Source of the DNA: Gemmatimonadota bacterium
GTDB lineage: Bacteria; Gemmatimonadota; Gemmatimonadetes; Gemmatimonadales; GWC2-71-9
Direction of reading: 5' to 3'
Assembly (NCBI GenBank): GCA_039588335.1
Contig: JBDGZZ010000005.1
Span: forward strand, 1 to 58,824
Length of the DNA stretch: 58,824 nt
The notes under the pieces were generated by a model. The model saw only the letters and a list, made by a program, of their open reading frames with translations, was not told the origin of the DNA and did no database searches. Shown one piece after another: positions 54,055-58,824 of the stretch. Positions within the stretch are counted from its first letter, which is position 1, and the number at the start of each line of letters is the position of its first letter. Made by a program: the position numbers and the translations under genes.

Positions 54055-57000
54055 ATGAGTAAGCGCTTCGCTGTAGCAGGACTCATCTTCTTGGCCGCGT
54101 CCACCATGTCCATTGGCACAGAAGTGACCGCCCAGACTCCGGGGAGCGAGGCGCTGTCGCAGGCCGTGTCGGGCCTGAAGCTTCGCGGTATTGGGCCGGC
54201 GGTAATGGGTGGCCGCATCGCCGACGTAGCAGTGCACCCCACAAAGCGCAGTATTTGGTACGTCGCAGTGGGATCGGGTGGACTGTGGAAAACGACTAAC
54301 TCCGGCATCACCTGGACCCCGATTTTCGACGCACAACCCTCCTATTCGATTGGTGCCGTGGCGATCGATCCCAACAACCCGGACGTAGTCTGGGTCGGAA
54401 CAGGAGAGAACGTGAGCGGGCGGCATGTTGCCTGGGGAGATGGTGTGTACCGCAGCCGCGACGGCGGGCGCTCGTGGCAACAGATGGGACTCGAAGAATC
54501 ACAGCACATCGGCAAGATCCTCGTGGACCCCCGCAACGGCAACATAGTGTTCGTAGCCGCCGAAGGACCGCTTTGGACGCCCGGGGGGCAACGCGGTCTG
54601 TACAAGACCAACGATGGCGGAATCACATGGGAGTTGGTGCTCGAAATCGACGAGAACACCGGAGTAACCGACGTAGAGTTCGACCCGGCAGACCCGAACG
54701 TGTTGTACGCGGCCGCGTATCAGCGCCGGCGCCACGTCTGGTCACTGCTCGCCGGAGGGCCTCAGTCGGGGATCTACAAATCGACGGATGGCGGTGAGAG
54801 CTGGCGCCGCATCGACGGGGGACTCCCTCAAGGTGATATGGGTAAGATCGGACTCGCAGTGACACCGGCCGATCCGCAACTCGTGTACGCGACAATCGAA
54901 GCGGACAACGCGGAGCGGGGATTTTACCGATCCCGCGACAAAGGAGAGAGTTGGGAACGGCGCAACAGCTACATCTCGGGTGGAACCGGTCCCCATTACT
55001 ACCAAGAGATCGAGGCGTCTCCTCAAAACCCCGATATCGTGTACCAAATGGACGTCTTCATCCAGGTTACGCGTGACGGCGGTGCAACCTTCGACAATCA
55101 GGGTACGGGGCGGGAGAAGCACAGTGACAATCACGCGCTGTGGATCGACCCGAGCGATGGGAACCATCTGCTCGCCGGAACTGACGCCGGCCTCTACGAG
55201 ACGTTTGACGACGGCATCACGTGGCGCCATTTCCCAAATTTGCCGGTGTCACAGTTCTACAAGGTCGCAGTCGACAACTCAGAGCCGTTCTACAACATCC
55301 TCGGTGGAGCACAGGATCTGGGAACACTGTTTGGCCCGTCACGCACCATGAACGTGGAGGGTGTACGCAACCGGGACTGGTATGTCCCGATGGGAGCAGA
55401 CGGATACGGGGTCGCCTTCGATCCTGAGGATTCCCACACGATGTACATGGAAACCCAACAGGGTAACCTGTATCGCTACGACCGTCGCAGCGAGGAGGCG
55501 TTGGACATTCAGCCCCAACCGGCACCCGGCGACGAGCCCGAGCGGTGGAACTGGGACGCGCCGATCCTCGTCAGTCCGCATTCGCCAGCAAGGCTCTACT
55601 TCGGCTCGCAACGGATATGGCGCAGTGACGACCGGGGCAGCTCGTGGATGCCGATCAGCGGTGACCTCACGACCAACCGTAATCGCTACGAGTTGGAGTT
55701 GATGGGACGGGTATGGAGTGTGAACGCACTGTATCACAACGGTGCCATGTCAAAGTACGCCACACTAACGGCGATCACGGAATCACCGGTAGCCGAAGGA
55801 GTGCTCTATACGGGATCCGATGACGGGTTGATCCAGGCGAGTGAAGACAGTGGCCAGAATTGGAGGGTGGCCGGCGATCTGCCGGCCGTCCCAGAGTTGT
55901 CCTTCATCAATGATATCGAAGCTTCGCAGCATGATGCCAACACCGTTTTCGCGGTGGCGGACGCCCACAAGATGGGTGACTTCAATCCTTATGTATTCGA
56001 GAGTAGCGACCGAGGGCGCTCGTGGCGCTCAATCGCAGGTGACCTACCAGCCGGTACCATCGTTTGGGCAATACAACAAGATCATGAGAACCCCGCCCTG
56101 CTGTTCCTCGCCACCGAGTTCGGAATCTACTTCACCCCGAACGGTGGATCGAACTGGCTCAAATTGAACGGGGCCCCCACGATTGCCTTTCGCGACATCA
56201 AGCTCCAGCGACGAGATCAGGACCTGGTTGGCGCTTCCTTCGGGCGTGGTTTTTACGTACTGGACGACTACACGCCACTGCGCGATATGTCCGCCGGTGC
56301 ACTCGCCAGCGGAAGCACGTTGTTTCCGGTGCGCGATCCGTGGTGGTACATCCCACTCGTTCCCATGCAAGCAGGTGGTAAACCGACCCTCGGCAGTACC
56401 GATTACACCGCGCCTAACCCACCCTTCGGTGCCACGTTCACCTACTACCTCGGCGACGTTCCTGACACCGAACGCGAGGCACGCCAAGACATGGAACGAC
56501 AGCTACGGGAACGTGGAGAGGACGTACCGTTTCCAGGCTACGAGCAACTGCGGCGTGAGGCTATTGAAAGCGGGCCGCGTGTGCTGCTCATGGTGCGCAA
56601 TGACCAGGGTCAGCCGGTTCGCTGGGTCGAAGGACCCGCAAGGGAGGGCTTGCACCGAGTGAATTGGGACCTGCGGAGGCCGGCACCGGACCCAGTTGAG
56701 TTTCCAGCGTCCGGATTCATCCCGCCCTGGGCCGGCCCATCACAAGGCCCGCTCGTTGCACCCGGCGATTACAGCGCCGAATTGTTCTTGTTCTCGAGCG
56801 CCGGGATGCAATCGCTCGGCACGCCACAGGAGTTCACGGTGAAGCCCTTGCCCACCGCTCCAACGGGGACGGACTTCAACGCGGTGGCGGCATTCCAGCT
56901 CGAGGTAAGCGAGCTAATGCGGCGTTTAGCTGGTGCAAGCGAAGAACTGGGTAACGCGCGCGAGCGGCTGCGTTACATGCGAGCAGCACTGATCGAGACA

Positions 57001-57342
57001 CCCAGCGCTGAGCCGTCACTCTTCACACGGATAGATGAGTTTGGAGCGGCATTGGCGGGTCTTCAGACCCGACTCAACGGAGATCAAGCACGCTCGCAGC
57101 TCAGGGAAGCGTCCGTACCTTCGATAAGCAATCGAGTCAGCCGAGTAATCGGGGGGCACTGGGACACACGGCAAACGCCGACTGAGACTCACCGGCACAA
57201 TCTCGAGATCGCACGCGATGAGTTTTCGGTGCTGCGCCAAGAGCTGACTACCCTGCTCGACACCGAATTACCGCAGTTGGAATCGGATCTCGAGGCCGCT
57301 GGAGCGCCGTGGACGCCGGGGCGTAGGATACCTGGCCGTTGA
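54055..57342 (+). CDS. Exported VPS10/BNR (Asp-box) beta-propeller protein, glycosyl hydrolase-like
   Basis: Signal peptide, RGIGPAVMGGRI, many SxDxGxxW Asp boxes, GGAQD and RWNWDAP motifs, and a C-terminal helical bundle. Confidence 0.9.
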   Translation: MSKRFAVAGLIFLAASTMSIGTEVTAQTPGSEALSQAVSGLKLRGIGPAVMGGRIADVAVHPTKRSIWYVAVGSGGLWKTTNSGITWTPIFDAQPSYSIGAVAIDPNNPDVVWVGTGENVSGRHVAWGDGVYRSRDGGRSWQQMGLEESQHIGKILVDPRNGNIVFVAAEGPLWTPGGQRGLYKTNDGGITWELVLEIDENTGVTDVEFDPADPNVLYAAAYQRRRHVWSLLAGGPQSGIYKSTDGGESWRRIDGGLPQGDMGKIGLAVTPADPQLVYATIEADNAERGFYRSRDKGESWERRNSYISGGTGPHYYQEIEASPQNPDIVYQMDVFIQVTRDGGATFDNQGTGREKHSDNHALWIDPSDGNHLLAGTDAGLYETFDDGITWRHFPNLPVSQFYKVAVDNSEPFYNILGGAQDLGTLFGPSRTMNVEGVRNRDWYVPMGADGYGVAFDPEDSHTMYMETQQGNLYRYDRRSEEALDIQPQPAPGDEPERWNWDAPILVSPHSPARLYFGSQRIWRSDDRGSSWMPISGDLTTNRNRYELELMGRVWSVNALYHNGAMSKYATLTAITESPVAEGVLYTGSDDGLIQASEDSGQNWRVAGDLPAVPELSFINDIEASQHDANTVFAVADAHKMGDFNPYVFESSDRGRSWRSIAGDLPAGTIVWAIQQDHENPALLFLATEFGIYFTPNGGSNWLKLNGAPTIAFRDIKLQRRDQDLVGASFGRGFYVLDDYTPLRDMSAGALASGSTLFPVRDPWWYIPLVPMQAGGKPTLGSTDYTAPNPPFGATFTYYLGDVPDTEREARQDMERQLRERGEDVPFPGYEQLRREAIESGPRVLLMVRNDQGQPVRWVEGPAREGLHRVNWDLRRPAPDPVEFPASGFIPPWAGPSQGPLVAPGDYSAELFLFSSAGMQSLGTPQEFTVKPLPTAPTGTDFNAVAAFQLEVSELMRRLAGASEELGNARERLRYMRAALIETPSAEPSLFTRIDEFGAALAGLQTRLNGDQARSQLREASVPSISNRVSRVIGGHWDTRQTPTETHRHNLEIARDEFSVLRQELTTLLDTELPQLESDLEAAGAPWTPGRRIPGR

Positions 57343-57350
57343 CCATAACT

Positions 57351-57431
57351 GCAGAATGACGAATGACGAATGCCGAATGATGTCAGCCCAGGTCGACTTC
57401 ATCATTCCGTGTTCGTAATTCGTCATTCTGC
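57351..57431. repeat. Inverted pair of 7-bp arrays (GAATGAC / GTCATTC), long imperfect hairpin
   Basis: gcagaatgacgaatgacgaatgccgaatgatg (57351-57382) faces catcattccgtgttcgtaattcgtcattctgc (57400-57431). Confidence 0.85.
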
Positions 57432-57519
57432 ATTCCATCGTCCGCTATCGGATCGACGCGCTGATCCTTAACTTAGGGTGTGTTCGTCAGGCACCTTGTG
57501 ACCCTCTAGGCAGACTCCG

Positions 57520-58824
57520 ATGAAACGTCTTCGAGTAGCCCTTACCACTCTCGCGCTCCTAATCCCTGCAGTCTCCGGTGCGCAGCAGTCAGAATCGTAC
57601 GACTACTTTCGATTCGACCGTGACATGGTCCAACACGGCGTGCAGGCCATCCTGATGTGCAATGGCCTGTTTACGTCGAACCGGACCATCGAACAGGTGT
57701 TCGAGCAGGAACTCGCATATTTGCGTCAGCCGGTGGGTACGCCGCGAGGCGGCGACTACATCGTTGATTGGGACCGTAAGGCCGTCGCCATTGGAGCCCC
57801 CGGAGGGATTCCGGCCATGCGCGCCGCGTTCCGCAATGGACTCGGCTGCGTCATCATGGCGCCCGATCAGACCTTCGAAGACATAGGGAGCTTGCCAATA
57901 CTCGACGTGGCGCAGCCTGAAGGCAATCCCGCAGTCATACCGTGGCCCGATGGCGATTTGATGGAGGACGCGTCTCCTCCAGCGGGGGTGGACGCGGCCG
58001 CACTGGCGGCAGCTTCCGATTGGGCGTTCGACCGCGAATCGCCGGAGCAGGTAACCTTGAGCCTCATGGTCCTGCACAACGGCAAGATCATCCACGAGCG
58101 CTACGCACCTGGAGTGGATGTCACCACGAGGACCCGCACGTGGTCGACGGCGAAGAGTATCGCTGTAACGCTCTTCGGCATGTTGGTCGACAACGGGCAG
58201 ATGGCACTGGACGAACCGCTCGGATTCGATTGGCTTCCTCGTGCGGCATCTCCGGACACTGATCCCCGTAACGCCATCACCTTGCGACACGTGCTGAACA
58301 TGTCGAGCGGTCTGTACACGGTGGACAACCGAGGTATGGAATACGCAACCGGCTCGGGACTGGCCTATTGGGCAGGCGCGAGCTCGGTAAACGGTGCGCG
58401 GAACCGCGCCTTGATTCGCGAACCCGGTACGTTATGGGACTACGAGAACTACGATACCATTCTCGCCGTATACGCCATGAAGCTGGCGCTCGGCGATGCT
58501 CAGACATACCTGGAGTATCCACGGCGCGCCCTGCTCGATCGCATCGGCATGCGTAACACACTGCTCAGCGTGGATCGTTTCGGTGACTTCATTCTGAGCA
58601 GCCAGGTGTACACCAACGCGCGTGACCTGGCCCGGTTCGGCCTGCTCTATTTGCAGAACGGCATGTGGAACGGTGAACGGCTGTTATCAGAAGAATGGAT
58701 CGAGTTCGTTCGCGCACCGGCTCCATCCCCCGCGGAGCGAGGAAACTTCTATGGCGGCCAGTGGTGGCTCGTGCCTGATGATCGTACCGATGTACCGAGT
58801 GATGCGTACTCCACAGCCGGCAAC
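57520..58824 (+). CDS. Exported serine hydrolase (beta-lactamase family, NylB-like), partial at the window end
   Basis: Not in the ORF track because it has no stop in the window. MKRLRVALTTLALLIPAVSGAQ signal, WSTAKS (SxxK), LNMSSG, YEN and DLARFGLLYLQNG. Confidence 0.9.
   Translation, partial: MKRLRVALTTLALLIPAVSGAQQSESYDYFRFDRDMVQHGVQAILMCNGLFTSNRTIEQVFEQELAYLRQPVGTPRGGDYIVDWDRKAVAIGAPGGIPAMRAAFRNGLGCVIMAPDQTFEDIGSLPILDVAQPEGNPAVIPWPDGDLMEDASPPAGVDAAALAAASDWAFDRESPEQVTLSLMVLHNGKIIHERYAPGVDVTTRTRTWSTAKSIAVTLFGMLVDNGQMALDEPLGFDWLPRAASPDTDPRNAITLRHVLNMSSGLYTVDNRGMEYATGSGLAYWAGASSVNGARNRALIREPGTLWDYENYDTILAVYAMKLALGDAQTYLEYPRRALLDRIGMRNTLLSVDRFGDFILSSQVYTNARDLARFGLLYLQNGMWNGERLLSEEWIEFVRAPAPSPAERGNFYGGQWWLVPDDRTDVPSDAYSTAGN

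Overview
GC-rich bacterial chromosomal window with about 40 densely packed genes. I recognised no rRNA, tRNA, CRISPR array, integrase or transposase. The gene repertoire suggests Gemmatimonadota (inference): five Hanks-type Ser/Thr kinases (four kinase-TM-TolB-like-TPR receptors), RCC1-repeat lipoproteins, a PadR + duplicated orphan permease pair, a VPS10/BNR protein and many exported peptidases. Well-supported blocks are a wHTH-MNT/HEPN toxin-antitoxin pair with a leaderless promoter and operator repeats, a fadN-fadA-fadE operon with divergent TetR and two palindromic operators, an AAC(6')-Ia-like acetyltransferase, a lipoprotein serpin and a peptidase-rich right arm. The best candidates for undescribed biology are four. 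(1) A translationally coupled uORF / receptor kinase / EgtD-like methyltransferase operon with a switch-like leader. (2) A DUF937 / Kbp / HerA-FtsK-like ATPase operon whose proteins share a Gly-Leu amphipathic motif. (3) A serpin with a CrmA-like short reactive loop and probable P1 Asp, sitting between receptor kinases. (4) A system of 7-, 8- and 10-bp periodic arrays and REP palindromes that marks many accessory gene junctions and brackets modules as direct repeats. All family assignments come from motif recognition by eye, not from database searches.
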